Source: Dehalococcoidia bacterium
Lineage (GTDB): Bacteria > Chloroflexota > Dehalococcoidia > UBA2979
Length of the DNA: 64,000 bases
Direction of reading: 5' to 3'
NCBI GenBank assembly: GCA_964291495.2
Contig: OZ219871.1
Coordinates: 416,001 to 480,000, forward strand
Positions within the stretch are counted from its first letter, which is position 1; each line of letters begins with the position of its first letter. The notes under the pieces were generated by a model. The model was not told the origin of the DNA. It did not search any database and saw nothing but the letters and a program-made list of their open reading frames with translations. The position numbers and the translations under genes were made by a program. Positions 17,672-26,145 of the stretch are shown here, piece by piece.

Positions 17672-18751
17672 CTAGCTGTAACGGATCCGCGGGTCGATCA
17701 GCGCGTACGAGAGGTCGACCAGCAGGTTCATGAGGATGAAGGTGATCGAGGTGAGCACCACAACGCCCTGCACCACCGGGTAGTCACGGACCTCGACGGC
17801 GTTCAGGAGCAGCGAGCCGAGTCCGGGAAGCGAGAACACGACCTCGATCAGCACGATCCCACCGAGCAGGAAGCTCAACTGTGTGCCCATGATCGTGACC
17901 ACCGGGATGAGCGCGTTCCGCAGCGAGTGCTTGAGGATGACGGGTCGCTCCTCGAGACCCTTCGCGCGAGCGGTGCGCACGTAGTCCTGGCGGAGCACCT
18001 CGAGCATGGCGGATCGCGTCATGCGCGCGCTGATTGCCGAGAGCCGGTACCCGACGATGAGCGCGGGGATGGTGTACGCCTGCAAGTTGGTCCACGTGTC
18101 GGACCAGAAGGAGAAGTAACCAAATGGAGGTGTCCACCCAACGAAGACCGAAAGGATGTAGAGCAATACCGTCGCGGTGAAGAAGTCCGGCACGGAGAGA
18201 CCCAGGACCGAGAACAGGCGCGATACGTAGTCAAGCCAGCTGTCCTGCTTGACCGCCGCGATGATGCCGAGCGGCAGGGCGACCGAGATCGCCACGACCA
18301 TCGCCATCATCGCGAGTTGAACCGAGACGCGCGCTCGCTTGCCGATCTGTTCGAGGATGTCGCGCCGGCTGTCGAGGGATTGTCCGAAGTCGGCGCGGAT
18401 CAGACCTCCGCCGTCGCACTCGCCCAGCAGCGGCTTCTCGCCCAGGAAGCCGAGGGTCAGGATCGATCCGTCCTTGGGAACCGCGCTGTTCGGATCCTGT
18501 ACGGCAGGGGTCACGGCCCAGTTCAGCAGGTCGCCCACCACCCAGCACTGGTACTGGTGCGGCCAGGTGCGCGTGATGCCGAGGTTGTAGGCCATCAGGT
18601 CGAGTTCTTCTTCGGTGTAGCTGCCGCCCTCTTCGAGGTTGGCCATGAGGACGCTGCCTGGCTGCAGGCGGATCAGTAGCGACACCAGGATTGAGATGAT
18701 GATGATGGTGGGAACGGCAGCAATCAGGCGGCGGATGACGTACCTGTACAT
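17672..18751 (-). CDS. Peptide/nickel ABC permease (DppB-like)
   Basis: MYRYVIRRL, DYVRTARAKGL, VFSLPGLG, DPRIRYS. Confidence 0.93.
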   Translation of the reverse strand: MYRYVIRRLIAAVPTIIIISILVSLLIRLQPGSVLMANLEEGGSYTEEELDLMAYNLGITRTWPHQYQCWVVGDLLNWAVTPAVQDPNSAVPKDGSILTLGFLGEKPLLGECDGGGLIRADFGQSLDSRRDILEQIGKRARVSVQLAMMAMVVAISVALPLGIIAAVKQDSWLDYVSRLFSVLGLSVPDFFTATVLLYILSVFVGWTPPFGYFSFWSDTWTNLQAYTIPALIVGYRLSAISARMTRSAMLEVLRQDYVRTARAKGLEERPVILKHSLRNALIPVVTIMGTQLSFLLGGIVLIEVVFSLPGLGSLLLNAVEVRDYPVVQGVVVLTSITFILMNLLVDLSYALIDPRIRYS

Positions 18752-18950
18752 GCTGCCCCGTCTCGCTGCACTCGATGCTGCCCCCGCCCAAGGGAGCCCC
18801 GCTCGGCCGGGTGGCCGCCGCGGCAATCATAGTACGCCGTGGCCCGGATCGGGGGATTTGCCGGGATCGGGGCCGCGGTGGCCTGCCTCGGTTCCGGATT
18901 CCCGCCCCGCGGGCCGAATCTCGTGAAGGCGGTTCTGCCCCCGAACGAGA

Positions 18951-18977
18951 GGGGAGCCGGCCAATGGCCGGCTCCCC
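18951..18977 (-). terminator. Hairpin after binding-protein copy 1
   Basis: GGGGAGCCGGCCA-A-TGGCCGGCTCCCC. Confidence 0.6.
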
Positions 18978-19001
18978 GTGTGTACGGCTTCCCTGCTGCC
19001 G

Positions 19002-20855
19002 TTACTTGTCCAGCCACACGTCCGTGAACGAGTCGCCGAAGCGGTAGAAGTAGTGGTAGCTGATGTACGGCCCGTTGAACCGCACGAAGCGCAGCCACGG
19101 CGGGTACGACGTGAGCGAGAACGTGTGAATCGTCTCGAGCCGGTACGCCTCTGCCACCAACTTGTCGAAGATCTTGCGCTGCGTGTCCGAGCGGCTCTCC
19201 GGATCGAGGTCGATCCGCTGCTCGTCTGCCCACGCGTCGATCTCCGGGTCGTTGATGTACCAGCGGTTGTCCGGCGACTGCGAGTGGACCTGCTCCCAGT
19301 AGAAGCCGTCCGCCGCACCGGTGCTGGACGGGGTCGCCCAGCCGTCGGCCACCTCGGGGTACTCGCCCGGGACCCACTGGCTGTTGAACTCCGTGTAGTC
19401 CACCGAGTTGAAGTTCACCGTGATGCCCAGCTCGCGGAACTGCTCCTGCATCAGCTCGGCGTCGCCGGTGCTGAGGTAGCGGTCCGTGGTGAGCACGGTG
19501 AACTCGAGGTTCTCCTGGCCGGCGGCCTGCAGCAGGCTCTGCGCCTCGCCCGGGTTGTACGTGAACCACGGCGCCAGGATCCCGTTCTCGAACGACGGGG
19601 TCTCGTCGTACACGAACGGCCACGCCGCCGTCGGCAGACAGGTGCCGACGCCGTCGTAGATGATCTGGATCGCCAGGTCGCGGTTGAAGCCCAGGTGCAG
19701 CGCCTGCCGCACGCGCGGGTCGGAGAACCGCGGGTCCGTCAGGTTCATGCCCCAGGAACCACTGTTCAGCACCACCGGGTCCGCCAGGACGATGTAGTCC
19801 GGGTTCGTCTCCAGCAGCTCTGCCGCGTGCCTCGGCGTCGACGGCCAGCTGTAGCAGTAGTCCAGGTCGCCGGTGCGGTAGGCCGCGATGCGCGCTGCCG
19901 AGTCGCGCATGATCCGGAACTCCAGGCCGTCCAGCCACGGCTCGCGGCCGTGCATGTTCTTCTCCCAGTAGTCCGGGTTCTTCTCGAGGATGACGTGGCT
20001 GCCCTCCTCGATCTCCGTGATGATCAGCGGGCCCGTGCCGATCGCCTGCGTCGCGATCAGATCCTGATCCACCAGCTCGCGCGGGTAGATGCTCATGAAG
20101 TGCGTCCCGAACGGAATCAGGAAGTCCGGGCTCGGCGCCGAGAGCGTGAACTGGAAGGTGTTCGCGTCCGGCGTGGCCATGTCCGTGACCAGCCCGAACG
20201 CACCCGTGTTGACGCCCGTCGTCGACTGCCGCTCTGCCCACTGCAGCACGTCGGTGGACGAGAAGTCACGCCCGTTCAGCGGCACGACGTTCTGGAACTT
20301 GACGCCGCTGGCCAGGTTGAAGGTCACCTGCGTGCCGTCCGGGGACCACTCCCAGGACTGCGCCAGCTCGGGCTCCAGCTCGACGCTCAGCTTGCTGCCC
20401 GTGTCCGGCCCGTGCTTGAAGCCGAGCAGGCTGTTGTAGGTGCAGTCCGGCGTGGTGGTGCTGCCGCCCGCCTTCTGCAGCGCGGTGTCCATCGCGCCGA
20501 GGTCCCAGGAGACGCCGATCTTGATGACGCCGCCTTCCTTCGGGTCCCCGGCCGGCTCCGGGTAGTTGTATGGGTAGAGCGAGCCATCGGCCATCGCCCG
20601 CCCGACGTAGTCGTCCTCGACCACCTGCTCCGTCGCGGCTGCCTCCGGCGTCGCCGTCGGCGCCGCGGTCGGCGCAACGGTCGGCGCAGGCGTCGGGGCC
20701 GGCGTGGCTGCCGGCTCTTCCTCGTCGTCGTCACCGCAGCCGATCAGCGCGGCCGCGGCCAGGCCCGCTCCGCCGATGACGCCGCCTCTCAGGACGGTGC
20801 GGCGACTCAAGCGCGTGTTGAGTCCCTCGAACCAGTTTCGGCTGTCTTCTGCCAT
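19002..20855 (-). CDS. Family 5 ABC solute-binding protein, Tat lipoprotein (copy 1)
   Basis: SRRTVLRGG..AAALIGC, PTA-rich linker, PELAQSWE, IGTGP, DPRVRQAL. Confidence 0.93.
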   Translation of the reverse strand: MAEDSRNWFEGLNTRLSRRTVLRGGVIGGAGLAAAALIGCGDDDEEEPAATPAPTPAPTVAPTAAPTATPEAAATEQVVEDDYVGRAMADGSLYPYNYPEPAGDPKEGGVIKIGVSWDLGAMDTALQKAGGSTTTPDCTYNSLLGFKHGPDTGSKLSVELEPELAQSWEWSPDGTQVTFNLASGVKFQNVVPLNGRDFSSTDVLQWAERQSTTGVNTGAFGLVTDMATPDANTFQFTLSAPSPDFLIPFGTHFMSIYPRELVDQDLIATQAIGTGPLIITEIEEGSHVILEKNPDYWEKNMHGREPWLDGLEFRIMRDSAARIAAYRTGDLDYCYSWPSTPRHAAELLETNPDYIVLADPVVLNSGSWGMNLTDPRFSDPRVRQALHLGFNRDLAIQIIYDGVGTCLPTAAWPFVYDETPSFENGILAPWFTYNPGEAQSLLQAAGQENLEFTVLTTDRYLSTGDAELMQEQFRELGITVNFNSVDYTEFNSQWVPGEYPEVADGWATPSSTGAADGFYWEQVHSQSPDNRWYINDPEIDAWADEQRIDLDPESRSDTQRKIFDKLVAEAYRLETIHTFSLTSYPPWLRFVRFNGPYISYHYFYRFGDSFTDVWLDK

Positions 20856-21050
20856 GCCCCTCCCCCTTCGCGTGCGGTACTCCGCGTGGGACGCTGACGC
20901 TGAGGACGCTCCGTTTCCACGGCTCGCCCCGCTGCACAACTATCGTGATGCTAGCACATCGCGACAGCGGGATGCGCGGGGTCACGCCGGATCCGGCGAC
21001 TGCGCGAACCGCATCCGGCCCTGTTGAGGCCGCCGCGGGCCCAACAAGAA

Positions 21051-21076
21051 GGGAGCCGGCCGATTGGCCGGCTCCC
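21051..21076 (-). terminator. Intrinsic terminator after binding-protein copy 2
   Basis: GGGAGCCGGCC-GATT-GGCCGGCTCCC, followed on the minus strand by TTCTTGTT. Confidence 0.65.
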
Positions 21077-21101
21077 CGTGTGTACGGCTTCCTTGTTGCC
21101 G

Positions 21102-22952
21102 TTACTTGTCGAGCCAGGTGTCCATGAAGGAGTCGCCCCAGCGGTAGAACCAGTGGTAGCTGATGTACGGCCCGTTGTACCGCACGAAGCGCAGCCATGG
21201 CGGGTACGACGACAGCGAGAACGTGTGAATCGTCTCGAGCCGGTACGCCTCCGCCACCAACTTGTCGAAGATCTTGCGCTGCGTGTCCGCGCGGCTCTCC
21301 GGATCGAGGTCGATCCGCTGCGCGTCCGCCCACGCGTCGATCTCCGGGTCGTTGATGTACCAGCGGTTGTCCGGCGACTCCGAGTGGACCTGCTCCCAGT
21401 AGAAGCCGTCCGCGGCGCCCGTGCTGGACGGGGTCGCCCAGCCGTCGGCCACCTCGGGGTACTCGCCCGGAACCCACTGGCTGTTGAACTCCGTGTAGTC
21501 CACCGAGTTGAAGTTCACCGTGATGCCGATTTCACGGAACTGCTCCTGCATCAGCTCGGCGTCGCCGGTGCTGAGGTAGCGGTCCGTGGTGAGCACGGTG
21601 AACTCGAGGTTCTCCTGGCCGGCGGCCTGCAGCAGGCTCTGCGCCTCGCCCGGGTTGTACGTGAACCACGGCGCCAGGATCCCGTTCTCGAACGACGGGG
21701 TCTCGTCGTAGACGAACGGCCACGCCGCCGTCGGCAGACAGGTGCCGACGCCGTCGTAGATGATCTGGATCGCCAGGTCGCGGTTGAAGCCCAGGTGCAG
21801 CGCCTGCCGCACGCGCGGGTCGGAGAACCGCGGGTCCGTGAGGTTCATGCCCCACGAACCACTGTTCAGCACCACCGGGTCGGAGAGCACCACGTAGTCC
21901 GGGTTCGTCTCCAGCAACTCCGCCGCGTGCCTCGGCGTCGACGGCCAGCTGTAGCAGTAGTCAAGGTCGCCGGTGCGGTAGGCAGCGATACGCGCCGCCG
22001 AGTCACGCATGATCCGGAACTCCAGGCCGTCCAGCCACGGCTCGCGGCCGTGCAGGTTCTTCTCCCAGTAGTCCGGGTTCGTCTCGAGGATGACGTGGCT
22101 GCCTTCCTCGATCTCCGTGATGATCAGCGACCCGGTACCGATTGCCTGCGTCGCCAGCAGATCCTGATCCACCAGCTCGCGCGGGTAGATGCTCATGAAG
22201 TGCGTGCCGAACGGAATCAGGAAGTCCGGGCTCGGCGACGAAAGCGTGAACTGGAAGGTGTTCGCGTCCGGCGTGGCCATGTCCGTGACCAGCCCGAACG
22301 CGCCCTTGTTGACGCCAGTCGTCGACTGCCGCTCTGCCCACTGCAGCACGTCGGTGGACGAGAAGTCACGCCCGTTCAGCGGCACGACGTTCTGGAACTT
22401 GACGCCGCTGGCCAGGTTGAACGTGACCTGCGTGCCGTCCGGCGACCACTCCCAGGACTGCGCCAGCTCGGGCTCCAGCTCGACGCTCAGCTTGCTGCCC
22501 GTGTCCGGCCCGTGCTTGAAGCCGATCAGGCTGTTGTAGGTGCAGTCCGGCACCGTGGTGCTGCCGCCCGCCTTCTGCAGGGCGGTGTCCATCGCGCCGA
22601 GGTCCCAGGAGACGCCGATCTTGATGACGCCGCCTGCCTTCGGGTCCCCGGGCGGCTCCGGGTAGTTGTACGGGTAGAGCGAGCCGTCGGCCGCCGCCCG
22701 CGCGACGTAGTCGTCCTCGACCGCCTGCTCCGTCGCGGCTGCCTCCGGCGTCGCCGTCGGCGCCGCGGTCGGCGCAACGGTCGGCGCAGGCGTCGGGGCT
22801 GGCGTGGCGGCCGGCTCTTCGTCGTCGTCGCCGCAGCCGATCAGCGCGGCCGCGGCAAGGCCCGCTCCGCCGATCACTCCGCCTCTCAGGACGGTACGGC
22901 GACTCAAGCGTGTGTTGAGTCCGTCGAACCAGTTTCGGCTGTCTTCTGCCAT
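21102..22952 (-). CDS. Family 5 ABC solute-binding protein, Tat lipoprotein (copy 2)
   Basis: Near-identical paralog of 19002-20855. Confidence 0.93.
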   Translation of the reverse strand: MAEDSRNWFDGLNTRLSRRTVLRGGVIGGAGLAAAALIGCGDDDEEPAATPAPTPAPTVAPTAAPTATPEAAATEQAVEDDYVARAAADGSLYPYNYPEPPGDPKAGGVIKIGVSWDLGAMDTALQKAGGSTTVPDCTYNSLIGFKHGPDTGSKLSVELEPELAQSWEWSPDGTQVTFNLASGVKFQNVVPLNGRDFSSTDVLQWAERQSTTGVNKGAFGLVTDMATPDANTFQFTLSSPSPDFLIPFGTHFMSIYPRELVDQDLLATQAIGTGSLIITEIEEGSHVILETNPDYWEKNLHGREPWLDGLEFRIMRDSAARIAAYRTGDLDYCYSWPSTPRHAAELLETNPDYVVLSDPVVLNSGSWGMNLTDPRFSDPRVRQALHLGFNRDLAIQIIYDGVGTCLPTAAWPFVYDETPSFENGILAPWFTYNPGEAQSLLQAAGQENLEFTVLTTDRYLSTGDAELMQEQFREIGITVNFNSVDYTEFNSQWVPGEYPEVADGWATPSSTGAADGFYWEQVHSESPDNRWYINDPEIDAWADAQRIDLDPESRADTQRKIFDKLVAEAYRLETIHTFSLSSYPPWLRFVRYNGPYISYHWFYRWGDSFMDTWLDK

Positions 22953-23104
22953 GCCCACTCCCCTTCTCGTGCAGCTCCCGCGCTTGCACCCTTAACGGTA
23001 CGAGCGACCGGCCAAACCGGTTCACTCGCACTTCGAGAGCGCGGATGCTAGCACATCGCGCCCTCACGTTGGGCGTTCTTTTTCCTTATGTGCCATAGTG
23101 TTTG

Positions 23105-23794
23105 TTATGCCTGCGGCCCGGCATTCGCGAGGCCCAGCACGCGCTCCAGCCACTGCGAAAGGTCACGCGCGCTGTGCGCTCCCACCTCGTGCGCCATCGG
23201 ATATTCGCGGTAGTCGGGCTCCAGTCCGAGTCCCGCGAGGCGGTCGCGGGAGGTGCGGCCCTTGTCGACGCTCACGCTCGCGTCCGACGCTCCGTGCTGG
23301 ATCAGCAGCGGCAGCGCGCGCACTGCTTCGCCGGGCGTCTCGCCCTCCGCGAAGACGTCGTCGGGCAGGCTCGTGCTCAGCGCCGCGAGGCCGACGAAGC
23401 GCTCCGGCTCGCGGAAGCCGAGGCGGTAGGCCATCCCGCCGCCCTGGCTGAAGCCGAGCAGCGCGACGCGATCGCGGTCGACGGGGTAGGCCTCGAGGGC
23501 GAAGTCGACGAACTCGCTGACCATCGCGGTGGCGCCCTCGACGACTTCGGGGGAGCCGCGGCCCTCGGGGCCGCTGAAGGCGTGCCAGTTGAAGCCGTAG
23601 AAGCCGGGCTGGATCGGCAACGGCGCCTGCGGGCAGATCATCAGCAGCCGCCCGCCGGCGAGATAAGGGCTGAGGCCGAGCAGGTCCTGCGCGTTCGCCC
23701 CGTAGCCGTGCAGCGCGATCAGCGTCGGCAGCGCCCCTCCGCCGTCTGAGTCATCAAGCGTTCCCGGGTGCGCGACGGCGTGAATGAGTGTCAT
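23105..23794 (-). CDS. Phospholipase/carboxylesterase (alpha/beta hydrolase)
   Basis: LHGYG, GFSQGG, QHGASD, MAHEV. SD GGAGG. Confidence 0.9.
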   Translation of the reverse strand: MTLIHAVAHPGTLDDSDGGGALPTLIALHGYGANAQDLLGLSPYLAGGRLLMICPQAPLPIQPGFYGFNWHAFSGPEGRGSPEVVEGATAMVSEFVDFALEAYPVDRDRVALLGFSQGGGMAYRLGFREPERFVGLAALSTSLPDDVFAEGETPGEAVRALPLLIQHGASDASVSVDKGRTSRDRLAGLGLEPDYREYPMAHEVGAHSARDLSQWLERVLGLANAGPQA

Positions 23795-23918
23795 GGGGCC
23801 TCCCGCGACGCCCTCGGGGGCGCTCGCTCGCGCAGTATAGGCGGGCGGCACGCCGGCCCCCGACGATGGGTTCGCACCCGCTGCTATCATCGCGGCGCAG
23901 CGGGGGCGGAGGAGCGGC

Positions 23919-24356
23919 GTGGCCTACCACGTGTACTTCGAGGACGTCGAGGTTGGGGACAGCGTCCCGGACTGGTCGCGCACGACGGACTTCATGCACT
24001 GGAACCGCTACGCGGCGGTGAACGACGAGTTCGTCTACATCCACATGGACGACGACGCGGGACGGCGCGGCGCCAACGAGCAGGGCGCCTTCGGCATGGG
24101 CAACCTGCGCTTCGCCTACCTGATCAACATGCTGCGCGACTGGGCCGGCGACGAGGTGGAGGTGCGCGAGCTGGGCGTGCAGTTCCGCGCCATCAACCAG
24201 AAGAACGACACCCTGACCTGCACCGCCACGATCAGCGAGAAGACCATCGAGGACGGCGAGCACCTCGTGCGCCTGGAGATCAACGTGCTCAACCAGGACG
24301 GCCGGGGCACCACGCCCGGCCACGCCGTCGTCGTGCTGCCCTCGCGCGAGGGCTAG
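23919..24356 (+). CDS. MaoC/hot-dog fold dehydratase-like protein
   Basis: YFEDVEVGD, YAAVNDEFVYIHMD, GMGNL. Confidence 0.8.
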   Translation: MAYHVYFEDVEVGDSVPDWSRTTDFMHWNRYAAVNDEFVYIHMDDDAGRRGANEQGAFGMGNLRFAYLINMLRDWAGDEVEVRELGVQFRAINQKNDTLTCTATISEKTIEDGEHLVRLEINVLNQDGRGTTPGHAVVVLPSREG

Positions 24357-24377
24357 CGAGCCGCCCCGGCGAGCACC

Positions 24378-25532
24378 ATGATCGCAGCCGAGTTCATCAC
24401 CGAGTCCCCGGAGCAGATCGGCATCGACCCCGCAGGGTTGCAGAGGCTGCGCGACTACGTGCGCAGCGAGGTGGCCTCCGGCCTTCCCAGCGCGCAGCTG
24501 GCGGTCGGCCGGCGCGGCCGGATCGCCGCGGTCGCCTGCTACGGCGAGGTGACGCGGGGCGGCCGCTCGGGCCCCGCCGAGGCGGACACGCTCTACTGCA
24601 TCTACTCGTCGACCAAAGGCATCGTCGGCGCCGCTGCATGGGCGCTGATCGAGGACGGACTGCTGGACATCGAGGAGCGCGTCTCGGCAATCGTCCCCCA
24701 GTTCCTGAGCAACGGCACCGAGCAGGTCACCGTCCGCCAGGTGCTCACGCACACCGCGGGCTTCCCCTACGCGCCGATGCATCCCGACCTCTGGGAGGAC
24801 CGCGCCAGGCGGCAGGAGCGGATGGACTACTGGCGCCTCACCTGGGAGCCAGACAGCCGCTTCGAGTACCACGCGACCTCGGCCCACTGGACGCTCGCCG
24901 AGATCATCAGCCAGCGCACGGGCGAGGACTTCCGGGACTACGTGCGCCAGCGATTGCTCTCGCCGATGGGCCTGCCCGACCTCTGGGTCGGCCTGCCGGA
25001 CGAGCAGCACCACCGCGCCGCCGACGTCGTCTACACCGAGCCACCGGTGGAGCCGGAGGGCGGCTGGACCGAGACCAACCCGGACACCGTGTTGCACTTC
25101 AACCTGCCCTCGCAGCGGCGATCGGGCTGCCCCGGGGCGGCCGGCTTCGGCGGCGCCGGCGAGCTCGCCCTCTTCTACCAGCGGCTGGTCAGCCCGGCCG
25201 AGTCCGGCGACCACGCGCCGCTCGAGGCCGAGACCATCGAGTACGCCACGCGCGTGCTGACGGACGATCGCCATCGCACGCCCGAGGGGCTGCCGGTCAA
25301 CCGCGCGCTGGCGGTCGTGGTAGCGGGCGATCGCCCCGCCGACCGCGGGTTCGCACCGACAGCCTCGGCACGCGCCTTCGGACACGGCGGCGCGGGCGGC
25401 CAGATCGCCTGGGGCGATCCGGAGAGCGGCTTCTCGCTCGGCTTCGTGACGAACGGCTTCGTCCCACCGGAAGCTCAGGAGGCGCGCAGCCGCGAGATCA
25501 ACCGCCTCGCCGGTGAGTGCATGCTCGACTGA
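24378..25532 (+). CDS. Beta-lactamase-family serine hydrolase
   Basis: YSSTK (SxxK), LTHTAG, FEYH, FGHGGAGG. Confidence 0.9.
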   Translation: MIAAEFITESPEQIGIDPAGLQRLRDYVRSEVASGLPSAQLAVGRRGRIAAVACYGEVTRGGRSGPAEADTLYCIYSSTKGIVGAAAWALIEDGLLDIEERVSAIVPQFLSNGTEQVTVRQVLTHTAGFPYAPMHPDLWEDRARRQERMDYWRLTWEPDSRFEYHATSAHWTLAEIISQRTGEDFRDYVRQRLLSPMGLPDLWVGLPDEQHHRAADVVYTEPPVEPEGGWTETNPDTVLHFNLPSQRRSGCPGAAGFGGAGELALFYQRLVSPAESGDHAPLEAETIEYATRVLTDDRHRTPEGLPVNRALAVVVAGDRPADRGFAPTASARAFGHGGAGGQIAWGDPESGFSLGFVTNGFVPPEAQEARSREINRLAGECMLD

Positions 25533-25544
25533 ATCTCCCTTACC

Positions 25545-25760
25545 GAGACCGTTGCGGAACCCTCCCGTCAGGACAGCGAGCCCATCCTTCCTGTCCCCTC
25601 TCCCCGAGGGAGAGGGGTAGGGTGAGGGAGGGTCCGCCCTCCGGGATTGCGTTGTGCCATCGGAGCTCTCGCAGGCGCGAGGGAGTCTTCCCCCTCACCC
25701 CCGCCCTCTCCCCAGGGAGAGGGAGCCGGATCGGATTTGTGGGAGTTTCGCAAAGGTCCG
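25545..25760. mobile_element. MITE-like element (copy 2) with internal REP hairpins
   Basis: GAGACCGTTGCGGAACCCTCCC ... GGGAGTTTCGCAAAGGTCC. Colinear with 1265-1476. Confidence 0.65.
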
Positions 25761-25809
25761 GTACCGGGCGAGCGTTTCGCGGACTCGGCCCCCTGACCTC
25801 ACACACCCC

Positions 25810-25832
25810 TACCCCCTGGGTGGGGGTATACT
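25810..25832 (+). promoter_or_regulatory. CsoR-type operator overlapping the -10 box
   Basis: C/G-tract palindrome TACCCCC-TGGGT-GGGGGTA, overlapping TATACT directly upstream of csoR. Confidence 0.75.
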
Positions 25833-25850
25833 CGTAGTGGAGGTGCAGCC

Positions 25851-26117
25851 ATGGACGCCGATACCAAGGCAGACGTACTGAAGCGGCTCGCCTACCTCGA
25901 GGGCCACCTCGCAGGTGTGCGCCGCATGGTCGAGAGCGACACCTACTGCGTCGACGTGCTCAAGCAGACCTACGCCGTGCGGCGCGCCATCGAGAAGGCG
26001 GAGTCGCGCATGCTCTCCGGCCACCTGCACCACTGCGTCGTCGACGGCGTGCGTGGCGGCGACCAGCACCGGGTCATCGAGGAGCTCGTGCAACTCTACG
26101 AGCTCGCGAACAAGTAG
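25851..26117 (+). CDS. csoR: CsoR-family copper-sensing repressor
   Basis: [30 protein letters not shown] (Cys-His-Cys ligand set). Confidence 0.88.
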   Translation: MDADTKADVLKRLAYLEGHLAGVRRMVESDTYCVDVLKQTYAVRRAIEKAESRMLSGHLHHCVVDGVRGGDQHRVIEELVQLYELANK

Positions 26118-26145
26118 CGCGGCAGGCCCAAAGGGACTTCGAGGC

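Larger units (their letters stand above)
18951..23060. repeat. Direct tandem duplication with a ~2.1-kb period
   Basis: Sequence from 18951 recurs from 21051, covering the hairpin and the whole CDS. The upstream motif GATGCTAGCACATCGCG also recurs, at ~20947 and ~23044. Confidence 0.95.

Noticed and set aside
20630-20710. Short PTAAPT-type repeats (also 22730-22810)
   Set aside because: An ordinary Pro/Thr/Ala lipoprotein linker.
25517-25837. Short ORFs across the MITE copies (also 1175-1378)
   Set aside because: They are translations of palindromic repeat DNA with no SD or coding bias.
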